From Chrysemys picta bellii (Eukaryota): 64,000 nt of DNA. The DNA lies in contig NC_088794.1 in assembly GCF_011386835.1 (NCBI RefSeq), positions 82,274,001 through 82,338,000 of the forward strand, read 5' to 3'. Numbering within the stretch: the first letter of the stretch is position 1; each line of letters opens with the position of its first letter. The translations under genes and the position numbers were made by a program. The notes under the pieces are model-generated. The model was not told the origin of the DNA, made no database searches, and saw only the letters and a program-made list of their open reading frames with translations. Positions 35,485-47,020 of this stretch are shown in pieces.

Positions 35485-35687
35485 GGCCAAGTTTTCAAAA
35501 GCAGGGGGTTTGTGGTGCCTCAGTTTTTGGGTGCTCAGCATGAGAGTTTCAGAGCTGCTGAGCACCTGCAATTCAATTCCCCTTGACTTCAGCTGGAACT
35601 GCGGGTACTCAGCATCTTTGAAAAATCAGGTACAAGGTGTCTCAAGGTGAGCACCCCAAAATGGAGGCCACTTTTGAAAATGAGTGC
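35485..35687. mobile_element. Old palindromic non-autonomous DNA element(s)
   Basis: GGCCAAGTTTTCAAAAG...CTTTTGAAAATG, with an inner TGCTGAGCACC / GGTACTCAGCA inverted pair; family not assigned. Confidence 0.4.
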
Positions 35688-35797
35688 TGAAGGGACTTCC
35701 CCAAGGCCACAGCAGAGGCAAATTCCTCACTCCCTCCAAACGCTCCTGGCTAGGGGAGCTCCAGCCCCAGCTCCTCCCAGCTGGGGGTGCTATAGAG

Positions 35798-36073
35798 CAG
35801 TGGTTCTCAACCAGGAATATGTGTACCCCTGGGGGTACACAGAGGTCTTCCAAGGGATGCATCAACTCACCTAGAGATTTGCCTAGTTTTACAGCAGGCT
35901 ACATAAAAAGCACTAGCGAAGTCAGTACAAACTAAAATTTCATACGAACAATGACTTATTTATACTTCTCTATATATGATACACTGAAATGTATATATGA
36001 CACATCTGAAATGTAAGTACAATATTTATATTCCAATTGATTTATTTTAGTCTGGAAAGATTGAGAGCCACTA
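35798..36073. mobile_element. hAT-Charlie MITE
   Basis: TIRs CAGTGGTTCTCAA / TTGAGAGCCACTA; perfect TSD CTATAGAG. Confidence 0.9.
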
Positions 36074-37290
36074 CTATAGAGAATGGAACAGATACACTGG
36101 CTGTGAGGAGCTCCCAGGTATTCCAATCTCAGCCTGTCCCAGCAGGTGGCACTGTGGGCAACGGGGAAGCAGCACTGCTATTGAAGATTCCTCCAGCACC
36201 CATGAGCCCCAACCATAGTAATCCCACCCCTAACCGGTGTAATGCTTCCAGGTAATGCTCCCTGCCAGGGTTTGCAGCAGCATATTCCTTTCTGCATCAG
36301 CCACTCCTCTCTCACCCCCCCCACCCCCAAAAAAAGAAACTCTGAGGAACAGAAGCTGAGGGGATTGTTTCATCCAAGGGAAATAAATGAAATCACCAGG
36401 GGGGCTCAACAGTGCAGCCAGGTTGCCTGTTAAAGGCCTCATAAATAAGAGCCAGGGTAGGCTGGAGGCACTGCAGGGCTTTATAGGCCCATAAAACACC
36501 TCAAGCTGCTACCGAGGCTGGAGGGGATGGGTGGAAAATCTAATTTCACAGGATTTAAAGCAGGTGAGAGAGATATAAATGTGTGTTTTTAATAGTAATT
36601 AATGCCGCTATTCGGGAGTACTTAGACCCTGGGTTCAGTCTCACTTCCAGGGGCCTGCCCAGTGAATCCCCTGCTGCACTCTCTGGGAGAGGTGCTGCCA
36701 AGGGAATAAGCTTGGGGGTGGGAGGAAACCAAGTGACAAAGTCCCTTAGGCTGGATTCCAGCAGGGGACAGGCCTCTTCTAAGTGGTGACGGAGGCTTCC
36801 TTCCCCATCTGCCTGTCCCTGTATTCTCCACAATGGGAATTCAGATGGGTCACTGCCACATTGATGTTAGCCAAATCTGGGGAGATGTGCTCAGGATTTT
36901 ACAGACAGATGCAGGAAGGCCAGTGACCTCCAAGAGTAGGGAATGTGGTAGACCTGTAGCAGGGCTGGGAACAAGCTGCTCCTAGCAATAACAAGAGGAG
37001 ACTTCTCCAGTAACCTCCCCAGCTCCTTTCATCAGTGCTGAAGCAGGAGTCCTGAGTGCACGGACCAGGGACACTCATCTCAATGTGCCCTAGGCCTCAC
37101 CATCCTCAGGCCACACAACAAGGGAATCACAGAGCTCCCAGCCCTTACTAAATGGAACCTATTCACTCCTGCTTTTCACCTGTGGAAATGATCCCACACT
37201 AGAGTCCTGAAGGCAACACAGGAATGGATTTTACCTACTCACTTGCTTCCATCCCTACTAATGTAGGATATTGGTTTCTGTGTGTCTGTG

Positions 37291-37304
37291 GTGCCCTCTA
37301 GTGT
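37291..37304 (-). promoter_or_regulatory. Candidate CTCF site
   Basis: Minus strand ACACTAGAGGGCAC matches 13/14 positions of core CCASYAGRKGGCRS and lies outside recognisable repeats. Confidence 0.45.
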
Positions 37305-38033
37305 CACTGCATTATTACTACACCTTGTATGTTTTAGCCAAACAAATGGCTTTGCAGAGATCTTATGTGAGGGCGTTGGCACGGGTGGTGGGGACAGCAT
37401 GGTGGCCTCCAAGAGGTATGGAAGGTTGTAATCTTCTTGGCATTGGAGGCCACCACCCAGAAGGCAGTGGAGAAGAGCCTTTTGGTGGTGGTGGTGGGAG
37501 CTCTAAATCCCCCTCAAGCCCCTGGAGGACCTGGGTGTATAGGTGGTTTTTAACCTCTGTTTCATCCTTCCCTCCCAATGTTGCCCTTCTGCCTTTCCTT
37601 TCCACCCTGGGGAAGCCATTCTCCACTATCAGCCCTCTCCTGTTAGGCTTCAAGGACCCCGCTCTCTGCCACGTCCTTTTGTTCTGCCGGCAGGTGCGGC
37701 TCCAGCTACTGCCAGCAGCACATGATGGAGAGGCTTTTGAGGGGTCCTTTCTGGTGTCCCATCAGGGAGCCCAGTACCGGGTGAATTATTCCTCGGGGGA
37801 GGCTTGATGTTTCCTCTGCCGGGCGACGGGGAGGGACTGCTCCCCCCAGACATGGGAGGGCGCCAGCACTGGTTGCCTGGTTCCTATTGCCACCCCTCAT
37901 CTTCCTTCGCCTGCCACCACCTCTGCTTGGGCCCCAAGGGTGCTTCCCCCCCCCTTGCACCCAGATGAGCGGGCAGGCCTCGCTGCCGCTGTGTATAATC
38001 AGGCAGGACGCATGGAGGAGAGGGCGAATACTG

Positions 38034-38580
38034 CAGGGCCGCTCTGGCTTTTTTGCCGCCCTAGGCAGGGGAGGGCGTGGCAGGGGAGGGCGCCGAGCCC
38101 GGCCGTGGGCCCGCAATCCCCAACCGGCCGGAGCGCCGGGGGGAGGGCGGCGAGCCCGCCGCGGCTCCGCTCTCCCCGGCGGCCAGAGCGCTGGGGGGAG
38201 GGTGGAGAGCCCCCGGCGGCCAGAGCGCCGGGAGTAGGGCGGAGAGCCCGGCCGGGGCTCTCCGCTCTCCCCGGTGACCAGAGCGCCGGGAGCAGGGCGG
38301 CGAGCTCGGTCGGGGCTCTCCGCTCTCCCCGGTGGCCAGAGCACTGGGGGGCGGGTGGCCAGCCCGGTCGGGGCTCTCCGCTCTCCCCGGCGGCCAGAGC
38401 GCCAGGGGGAGGGCAGCAAGCCTGCTGCAGCTCCGCTCTCCCCGGCGGCCGGAGCGCCGCGGGGAGGGCAGCGAGCCCAGTCGCGGCCCCGCTCTCGGGC
38501 CGGAGCGCCCCGCCGCGCCGCCCCCTCCAGGCACCGCCCCAAGCACATGCTTGGTGGGCTTGTGCCTGGAGCCGGCCCTG
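38034..38580. mobile_element. hAT MITE with ~57-bp CpG-rich tandem array
   Basis: TIRs CAGGGCCGCTCT / GAGCCGGCCCTG; perfect TSD GAATACTG. About 6 units of CCAGAGCGCCGGG..GAGCCCGG..GCTCCGCTCTCCCCGG at ~38125-38500. Confidence 0.92.
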
Positions 38581-39087
38581 GAATACTGCCTTTATTCTTC
38601 TCAGATAAAGCAAGGCTGGATTCTGCATTGGCCTCCTTCACCAATGCCACATGACTGGCAAATGGATCTATCTGAATGTGCATATATTTGAGGGCCAGCC
38701 AAGACCCTAAATCTTTTTAAAGGTTTCTTATGTATATAAGAAATGGTTAAACTTAAAGAGTAAGCATGTGCATGTATGTCAACCTTTCTCAGCTAGCTGG
38801 GCAAAGAAAGGGATGCTAGAAGAAGGGCTGAGTGCAGATGTCTGTCTGGATATTTGAACAAGAATATCTGACAGTGCCAAATTCCCCAACATGAGGGGCC
38901 GGTCAAAGCTGTTCATTTTCCAGTCTGAGATCTAATCCAATGACAACTGTACATCTTGAAAGCACTCAGTCTGCACGACATGACACCTTCCCAGAGAGGT
39001 GGAGGGGAGGATAATCACATGATCCTGCTGTTTTATTATATGTACTTGTATGTTAATCTACAAGCCAGACTCAGGAACAGAGATTTA

Positions 39088-39251
39088 GGGCTTATCTAAA
39101 GGGGAAAATTGATTGGCATAGCTATAACAAAATAATTATTCTGGAATCTAGTTATTTTTATTCCAGAATAAAGTGTCCATGTGAAGCAGTTACACCAGTT
39201 TAGCTATAGCAGAAAAATTATGCTGGTCAGTTTCCCCATGTAAACAAGCCC
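39088..39251. mobile_element. PIF/Harbinger MITE
   Basis: TIRs GGGCTTATCTAAAGGGGAAA / TTTCCCCATGTAAACAAGCCC; perfect TTA TSD. Confidence 0.85.
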
Positions 39252-39859
39252 TTATTCAGAGCAACTGTCAAAGCAATTTGCTACTTTATATAGGCAGGGT
39301 AGCACACATTTGCTACTGTGTACAATCACACACTACTATAAGACTGGAAAATAGTCTCCCAAGGGAAGCAACGAACATCCCAATGTTTGGAACAGTTCTG
39401 GGACAAAGCATTAACAACTACAGTGTAGGGAACATTTTATTTGTTGTGGGAACAGACTAGCTGGGACCCAATGGGGCTTTTCTGTCTCTAATTTCTATGT
39501 TTATATTAAATTAGTGAAACAATTGTGAATGACACTGGCAGGTAAAGGACAAAAAAGTGTGATCTGTGCCCAATTATGACTTCATCGGATGACGTGTGTC
39601 ATAGCTGTGATATTATTGGCAAGAAAAGAAATTTTTGTAAGAGAAATCCAAGAGGTTGGAGGTCACAGTTCAGCCCCCTCAACGGTGAGCCATCAGGACC
39701 CTCAGAATCTAACTGGTACCTTACAAATAGCCAAATGTTTCCTTTTCTTCTCCTTCTCCAGTCAACACAACTTTACAAAAGAAACACCTGCTATAGGGCT
39801 CAGGTTCCTTCTGAGCTTACAGTCTATGAGACTGGAGTGGGCCCAGGGCTGAAGGGGGA

Positions 39860-40059
39860 TTAAATAAATAAATTAATGGAGATATCCTATCTTTTAGAGC
39901 TGGAAGGGACCTTGAAAGGTCATCAAGTCCAGCCCCCTGCCTTTACTAGCAGGACCAAGTACTGATTTTGCCCCAGATCCCTAAGTGGCCTCTTCAAGGA
40001 TTGAACTCACAACCCTGGGTTTAGCAGGCCAATGCTCAAACCACTGAGCTATCCCTCCC
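39860..40059 (-). mobile_element. tRNA-derived SINE with CR1-related tail and (TTTA)n end, full length
   Basis: Minus-strand head GGGAGGGATAGCTCAGTGGTTTGAGC (A box) ... GAGTTCAATCC (B box). Tail GACCTTTCAAGGTCCCTTCCAG. Confidence 0.92.
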
Positions 40060-41037
40060 CACTAGAGAAGGCTCAAGGACCTAGGGCAGAAGGGAATTGG
40101 GACAAGGGTGCCCAAAAGAGTCAGTTTTAGCTCCACTACCAGGAATGTAGGGTTGCGGAACTGCTGAGCTGGCTGGGCCATAGGGAGCATTGGCCTGTAA
40201 TTCCCAACCTAGTCACAGCTTCCCCTGTCCCTGAAGCCTGCTTCTCTACAGAGTAGGGAGCTCTATAGCTTACATGGAAAGAGTCTCAACTCACTTCCTA
40301 GAAAACAGGGGTCCCCATAAACTGCCTTCACCATTGCTGCCAACACACAGCTTTGATTGGCAGACTTAGCAGAGAGGTCAGTGAAGGAGACAAAACTCCC
40401 CTGGAATTGCATGTGCTCTGATCAGATTGTAAGGGTGTCTGCCTAGTACTGCTCTATCCTCTTGTTGTATCCACCAGGCAAGGTATTAACAAACTTCAAC
40501 AGAACTTTATTTACAGTGGAAATCTCTTTACCAAGCTGTAGCTGCACCCTCTGTAACTCTCCCAGCCTCCTCAACTCCTCCCCCCCATTCCTATTTCCTG
40601 TCCTTTCAGACTCCCAACAGCCAGTGCTCCCAGTTCTAATAATCACATGCAGCATCTAAACACCACACCTCTGCTAAAGCATTGTTGTGAAGTTTTACAC
40701 ACATACACAGGAGAATGTTCAAAAGGTTGCTGTTGGGTGCTCTGCCGGGGGATTTGGCTGGCCAGTTTAGAGCAAGCATTCTGACAACTGGGTACCACTC
40801 AGACACTAACTTTGAAAATCTCCTCAGCACTCACCTCCTGCTTGAGGCCAAGGGGCTATTTGAAAATGTTGAGCTCAAGTGTGAGGTCTTCTAGTTGAGA
40901 CAGATAAATCTGCAGCCTCCAGTACAGCAGGTGAAAGATTCTGCAACAGTTTCAGCTAATCTAAGAAATGGAGGGTACTATTGAATTAAATGAGACTAAA
41001 TTCACTGACATCGCCTGTGCCTTATTTTGTTTTATAT

Positions 41038-43240
41038 TAGCACTGTCAATTAATCGCAGTTAACTCACGTGATCAACTCAAAAAAATTAACTGAGATTAA
41101 AAAAATTAATTGTGAATAATCTCACTGTTAAACAATAGAATACCAATTTAAATTTATTAAATATTTGTGGATGTTTCTCTACATTTTCAAATATATTGAT
41201 TTCAATTACAACACAGATTATGAAGTGTACAGTGCTCACTTTATATTATTTTTATTACAAATATTTGCACTGTAAAAATGATAAACAAAAGAAATAGTAT
41301 TTTTCAATTCACCTCATACAAGTAATATAGTGCAATCTCTTTATCATGAAAGTGTAATTTACAAATGTAGATTATTTTTATACATAATTGCACTCAAAAA
41401 TAAAACAGTGTAAAACTTTAGAGCCTACAAATCCACTCAGTCCTACTTCTTGTTCAGCCAATTGCTAAGACAAACAAGTTAGTTTACATTTACGGGAGAT
41501 ACTGCTGACTGCTTCTTATTTACAATGTCACCTGAAAGTGAGAGCAGGCATTCAGGCGTTGCAAGGTATTTACGTGCCAGATATGCTAAATATTCATATG
41601 CCCCTTCATGCTATGGCCACCATTCCAGAGGATATGCTTCCATGCTGATGATGCTTGTTAAAAAAAGAAGGCGTTAATTAAATTTGTGACTGAACTCCTT
41701 GGGGAAGAATTGCATGTCTCCTGTTCTGTTTTACCTGCATTCTGCCATATATTTCATGTTATGGCAATCTCGGTTGATCACCCAGCACATGTTCGTTTTA
41801 AGAACACTTTCACAGCAGATTTGACAAAACGCAAAGAAGGTACAATGTGAGATTTCTAAGGATAGATACAGCACTCGACCCAAGGTTTAAGAATCTGAAG
41901 GGCCTTCCAAAATCTAGGGCCAGCTCCAGGCACCAGCCACGCAAGCTCATGCTTAGGGCGGCAGATTCTACGGGGTGGCATTCTGCCCAATCCTAAGGCG
42001 GCACGGCCGCTTTTTTTTTTTTTTTTTTTGGTTTGGTTTGCCAATCTGGCCGCCCTGTAGGGGGTGGCAGAGTGGAGGAGGGGAGCACCCCGCTGGGAGC
42101 GGGCTGCACACTCTGTCTGCCCCAGCTGGTGCCAGGTCTGTAGCAAGCCCTTCAGGACAGCCTGCGTCCTTCCCTCCCCACCGACCAGAGTGGCGCAGAG
42201 CCCTCCCGGCAGGCAGCGCGGCGGTCGGGGCCACGTGGTGAGCACCCCGCTGAAGCCCTGGCCGCCCCCCTTCTCTCTCTCCCCCCGCTCCCTCCACCTC
42301 CCCCCTGCTGCCCGGGGCACGTCTGCAGCGCAGGGAGTCCCGCTACCCCCTGGCTCCGGCCGCCCCGCAGGTTGTTGGGGTTTTTTTTGCTTTGCCGTTC
42401 TGGCCGCCCCGGTTTTTTCTTTCTTTCTTTCTTTTTTTGTGTGCTTGGGGTGGCAAAAAAGCCAGAGCCGGCCCTGCCAAAATCTGAGGGACGAGGTGTG
42501 GAGAATGCTTTCAGATGTCTTAAAAGAGCAACACTCCAATGCGGAAACTACAGAACCTGAACCACCAAAAAAAAAAATCAATCTTCTGCTGGTGGCATCT
42601 GACTCAGATTATGAAAATGAACATGCGTCGGTCCACTCTGCTTTGGATCGTTATCGAACAGAACCCATCATCAGCATGGACACATGTCTTCTGGAATGGT
42701 GGTTGAAGCATGAAGGGACATATGAATCTTCAGCGCATCTGGCACGTAAATATTTTATGATGCCGGCTACAACAGTGCCATGCGAACGCCTGTTCTCACT
42801 TTCAGGTGGCATTGTAAACAAGATGTGGGCAGCATTATCTCCTGCAAATTGTAACCAAACTTATTTGTCTAAGCGATTGGCTGAAGTAGGACTGAGTGGA
42901 CTTGTAGGTTCTAAAGTTTTACATTGTTTTATTTTTTTAATGCAGTTATTTTTTGTACATAGTTCTACATTTTTAAGTTCAACTTTCATTATAAAGAGAT
43001 TGCACTACAGTACTTGTATTAGATGAATTGAAATATACTATTTCTTTTGTTTTTATAGCGCAAATATTTGTAATAAAAATAAATATAAAGTGAGCAGTGT
43101 ACACTTTATTCTGTGTTGTAATTGAAATCAATATATTTGAAAATGTAGAAAACTTCCAAAAATATTTAAATAAATGTATTCTATTATTGTTTAACAGTGT
43201 GATTAATTGTAATAACTTTTTTAATCGCTTGACAGCCCTA
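41038..43240 (+). mobile_element. Non-autonomous hAT with transposase C-terminal (dimerization domain) remnant and ~600-bp inverted arms
   Basis: TIRs TAGCACTGTCAA / TTGACAGCCCTA; perfect TSD TTTTATAT. Peptides ALDPRFKNLK and LEWWLKHEGTY..LARKYFMMPATTVPCERLFSLSG. Confidence 0.92.
41915..42476. mobile_element. hAT MITE (same termini as 38034-38580, opposite orientation) inserted in the transposase remnant
   Basis: TIRs TAGGGCCAGCTCC / GAGCCGGCCCTG; perfect TSD CCAAAATC. Confidence 0.92.
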
Positions 43241-43842
43241 TTTTATATTAATTTTAATTTATTTTATGCTACCCCAACATTTTCAGTTTGCAACATGCTG
43301 CAGAGCTCTGTATTAAAAATGCATCACTGTTGTTAGATGTTGTCAGGTGGAAGCTGGAGGTTTTTGCTCATGAGTAGTGGACAGTTGGGTTTTGGTACAT
43401 GGGGAAGCAGATTGGGATTGTGGGCAATCTCAATCGCTGGGTGTCAAAATGATTAGCAATGGAGTATTTAACAATGTTGACAACAACACTAGTGTGGTTA
43501 GATTTCAAAGTTCACACACCATTGAGAAGAATGGGACAGTTCACACCCCTCAGAAGTATCTTTTCAGGCTAGCCCCAGACGCAGGTAAATATCGTTTTAT
43601 AAGTTCCAAAGTTCCATTGGAAAGGTTTTATATGCAACTATAAAGACTAGAAACTTGGGGGAGGCTTAGTTTCTGACATACAAATCTGCAACGAAGAGTG
43701 GCCTGCAGCAAAATCCACACCTGCAGAATCACTGAGCACACAGGGCCATAATTGTATTGACTCTGAATAGCACAGGATGTTGAGTCAGGGCAGCGGCACC
43801 TGTTCCAGGAATATCCGCCCTATCAATTACTTCCTTGATGCT

Positions 43843-44146
43843 AAAACAACGAGGAGTCCTTGTGGCACCTTAGAGACTAACAAATTTATTTGGGCATAAG
43901 CTTTCGTGGGCTAGAACCCACTTCATCAGATGCATGGAGTGGAAAATACATTAGCAGCTCTATATATACATAGTACATGAAAAGATGGGAGTTGCCTTAC
44001 CAAGTGGGGGATCAGTCTAACAAGACAATTCAATTAACAATAGAATACCAAGGGAGGAAAAATCACTTTTGTAGTGGTAATGAGGGTGGCCCATTTCAAA
44101 CAGTTGACAAGAAGATGTGAGTAACAGTAGGGGGAAATTAGTATGG
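43843..44146 (-). mobile_element. Penelope-like solo pLTR insertion
   Basis: Shares AAATAAATTTGTTAGTCTCTAAGGTGCCACAAG with the pLTR at 15437-15470; 7-bp TSD TGATGCT (43836-43842, 44147-44153). Confidence 0.88.
43894..43933 (-). ncRNA. Minimal type-I hammerhead ribozyme motif with intact CUGAUGA/GAAA core
   Basis: Minus strand GCAT-CTGATGA-A-GTGGG(TTCTAG)CCCAC-GAAAGCTT-ATGC. Confidence 0.72.
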
Positions 44147-44260
44147 TGATGCTGTGACCTGTGTAATGAAGAGGTAGGCTGTTCCATGACAGGATGTCCT
44201 CTGTTCTATTCTTACTTACCACATCTCAACACAATAGGAGCTGTTATTAATTAACCCAAA

Positions 44261-45158
44261 TGTAGCAGGGGAGTGTGGCCTCCCTCCAAGACTGACAGGG
44301 AGGAACCCCCTCTCGCCCTCTGGCGAGCAAAGCTGGGCAAGCCATGCCCACCCCACCAGAAGCAGGGGGACAGAACAAGAAGTATAAAAGGTGGGCCCTG
44401 CAACTCAGTTGGGCTGGAGCGGTGAAGAAGACAGATACCTCCCACCTGCTGCTGGAGCGGGAGCCTGAAGGGGACCTCTGCAGTTCTGAGGAGTCAAAGG
44501 GACTTCCAGTTGATGAGAATGCCAAGGAGCTGCTGGGACTGCCAGTAGCAGTGAACCTTCGGGGAGACAGAAGACTCCCATGAGACACATGTACACAGTG
44601 AGGGGGTTGTAGGAAGTAGCCCAGGGAAACCAGACTATAGTCCAATTGTATGGCCAGAATCTTGGTCAGTGTGTTTCAGTGAGATCCCCACTGACCAAGT
44701 GACGGAGCCCTCCGCCACAGTTAGAGCCCTGGGCTGGGACCTGCTGGAGTAGGGTGGGCCTGAGTTGTCCTACCCCCTGCTGCCAACCCCACTCTTGGGG
44801 TGTCAGCTCCCCACCTTAGGTCAAGAGGCTGGTGTTTGTCTGCCATCTGCCTGAATCTGGATGTCAGGCAAGAAACTGTTTGTTGCTCCGCTCCACCCCA
44901 CCTGGAGAGGGAATGAGGCCCCTAGACTGTTTGGTGCTCCTTCCTGCCTGGGGTGGGTGGCTGAGGCCCCTAGACTGTTTGGTGCTCTGCCCTGCCTGGC
45001 CTAAGCCCTGGACTACTTACTGTTTGGCCCTGCCTAGAGGTCTAGGGCCTCAGAGACCGTTACTTCCCCAGTAGACATTGCCTTGACAGAGGCGTGGCAG
45101 CGAGGGGGTATGGCCTCCCTCCAAGATTGATGGGAAGGGATGGCCACAACCCCCTACA
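44261..45158 (+). mobile_element. 898-bp TG..CA LTR-class element
   Basis: TGTAG...CTACA with perfect 5-bp TSD CCAAA and TATAAAA near 44383. Internal 48-bp tandem duplication at 44914-45000. Confidence 0.75.
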
Positions 45159-45179
45159 CCAAATCTTTTGTGCTATAGG

Positions 45180-45824
45180 TAGGGCCCTACTAAATTCATA
45201 GTGCATTTTAGTCAATATCATGGTCATAGGGTTTTAAAAATCATAAATTTCATGATTTCAGACATTTAAATCTGAAATTTCACGGTGTTGTAACTGAAGG
45301 GGTCCTGACCCCAAAAGGGGTAGTGGCGGGAGTTCACAAGGTTTTTGTAGGGGGCTTGTAGTATTGCCACGCTTACTTCTGCGCTGCTGCTGGCAGTGGC
45401 ACTGCCTTCAGAGCTGGGCAGCTGGAGAGCAGCAGCTGCTGGCCAGGAGCCCAGATTGGAAGGCAGTGCTACCGCCAGCAGCAGTGCAAAAGTAAGGATG
45501 GCATGGTATGGTATTGCTACCCTTACTTCTGTGCTGCTGCCTTCAGAGCTGGGCCCTGGGCCAGCGGCCACCACTCTCTAGCCATCCAGATCTGAAAGTA
45601 GCATAGAAGTAAAGGTGGCAATAACATGACCCCCCTACAATAACCTTGCAACCCCCCGACAACCTGTTTTTGGATTGTGACCCCCACTTTGAGAAACGCT
45701 GGTTTCCCCTGTGAAATCTGTATATTATAGGGTAAAAGTACACACAAGACCAGATTTCACGGTGGACACCAGATTTCACGGTTCATTACACGTTTTTCAC
45801 GACTGTGAATTTAGTAAGACCCTA
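45180..45824. mobile_element. hAT MITE
   Basis: TIRs TAGGGCCCTACTAAATTCA / TGAATTTAGTAAGACCCTA; TSD GCTATAGG / ATTATAGG. Confidence 0.85.
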
Positions 45825-46269
45825 ATTATAGGCTGTAGTACAAACACTCAAAGTTAATATATTTCTGTGGTCCACATGACATTAAGATTCTGCAGAATCT
45901 AATCTCTTATTTAAAAAGTAAGTTTCCAGGCTTTGTGAATGCAAAGAAAATCTTCCAAATGTGAAGCAAGTATAGATTGATGCAGCACTGTCTTCTTGAG
46001 TCTGCAGACAGCCTAAAACAATGAGTCTTTAGAGATACGATCTCCCTCACCCATACGAAACTCATTAGGATGTTGATTCTAAAGCCTAGGGATGACACTT
46101 TAAATGTCCGCATTAACTATCTCACCTGTGATCGTTTTAGCAAATGGAATAGAGAAGGGATCGGAATGAGGCACATAAGGTGTGGAAACTGGGAGTTGCT
46201 GCAAGGAAGAAAATGCAGAGGAAAGAAAGGGAGAAAGCAAAAAGACAGGGAAGTGGGAAAGAAATGGAT

Positions 46270-47020
46270 TCCTAGATTTTAAATCCCAAAGAAACTATCA
46301 TCTAGTCCAGGGGTTGGCAACCTTTCAGAAGTGGTGTGCCGAGTCTTCATTTATTTACTCTAATTTAAGATTTCACATGCCAGTAATACATTTTAACATT
46401 TTTAGAAGGTCTCTTTCTATAAGTCTATAATATATAACTAAACTATTGTTGTATGTAAAGTAAGTAAGTTTTTTAAAATGTTTAAGAAACTTCATTTAAA
46501 ATTAAATTAAAATGCAGAGCCCCCTGGACCAGTGGCCAGGACCCGGGCAGAGTGAGTGCCACTGAAAATCAGCTCGCTTACCGCCTTTGGCACGCGTGCC
46601 ATAGGTTGCCTACCCCGATCTAGTCTTATCTTTCTGCATTATACTGCCCATAGACTATCAACAGTAATTCCTGCATCAAGACCATACTTTCTGGTTCAAC
46701 AAGAGCATATACTTTTAGAAAGACATCGCAGCTTGATTTAAAGACTTTAAGTGATGAAGAATTCGTCATGTCCTTTAAGTCATTCACATGATTAATTATC
46801 CTCACTGTTAGAAGTTGACAACTTGCTTCTGAATTTGTCTAGCTTCAGCATTCTATTACTGGGTCTTTCTGTCCCTTTTTCTGTTAGATTAAAGAGCTGT
46901 CTATTATCAGACATCTCTTTCCCATGTAGATACTGTAGATCATGATCAAGTCACCTCTTAAGCATCTCTTGAATAGACTAAATAGATTGAGCTTCTTAAA
47001 TCTTTCACAATAAGACATTT
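46270..47020 (-). mobile_element. Old CR1 fragment interrupted by a MITE
   Basis: Minus peptide ERFKKLNLFSLFKRCLRGDLIMIYSIY is a CR1 RT C-terminus. Confidence 0.75.
46308..46617. mobile_element. hAT-Charlie MITE
   Basis: TIRs CAGGGGTTGGCAACCT / AGGTTGCCTACCCCG; perfect TSD ATCTAGTC. Confidence 0.92.

Noticed and set aside
37271-37807. 178-aa plus-strand ORF and overlapping minus ORFs
   Set aside because: No recognisable domain; non-ATG start in the track; GC-rich context.
38125-38500. Regular ~57-bp repeats resembling a CRISPR array
   Set aside because: Units are contiguous and degenerate with no unique spacers, sit between hAT TIRs, and no cas genes are present; this is eukaryotic DNA.
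39985-40059. tRNA-like sequences here and at 28095-28165 and 6630-6689
   Set aside because: They are SINE heads fused to CR1 tails, not free tRNA genes.
42064-43026. 320-aa ORF ending in a hAT dimerization domain (possible domesticated ZBED-like gene)
   Set aside because: Its N-terminal part is read through an inserted MITE. The catalytic region is missing and the upstream remnant is broken.
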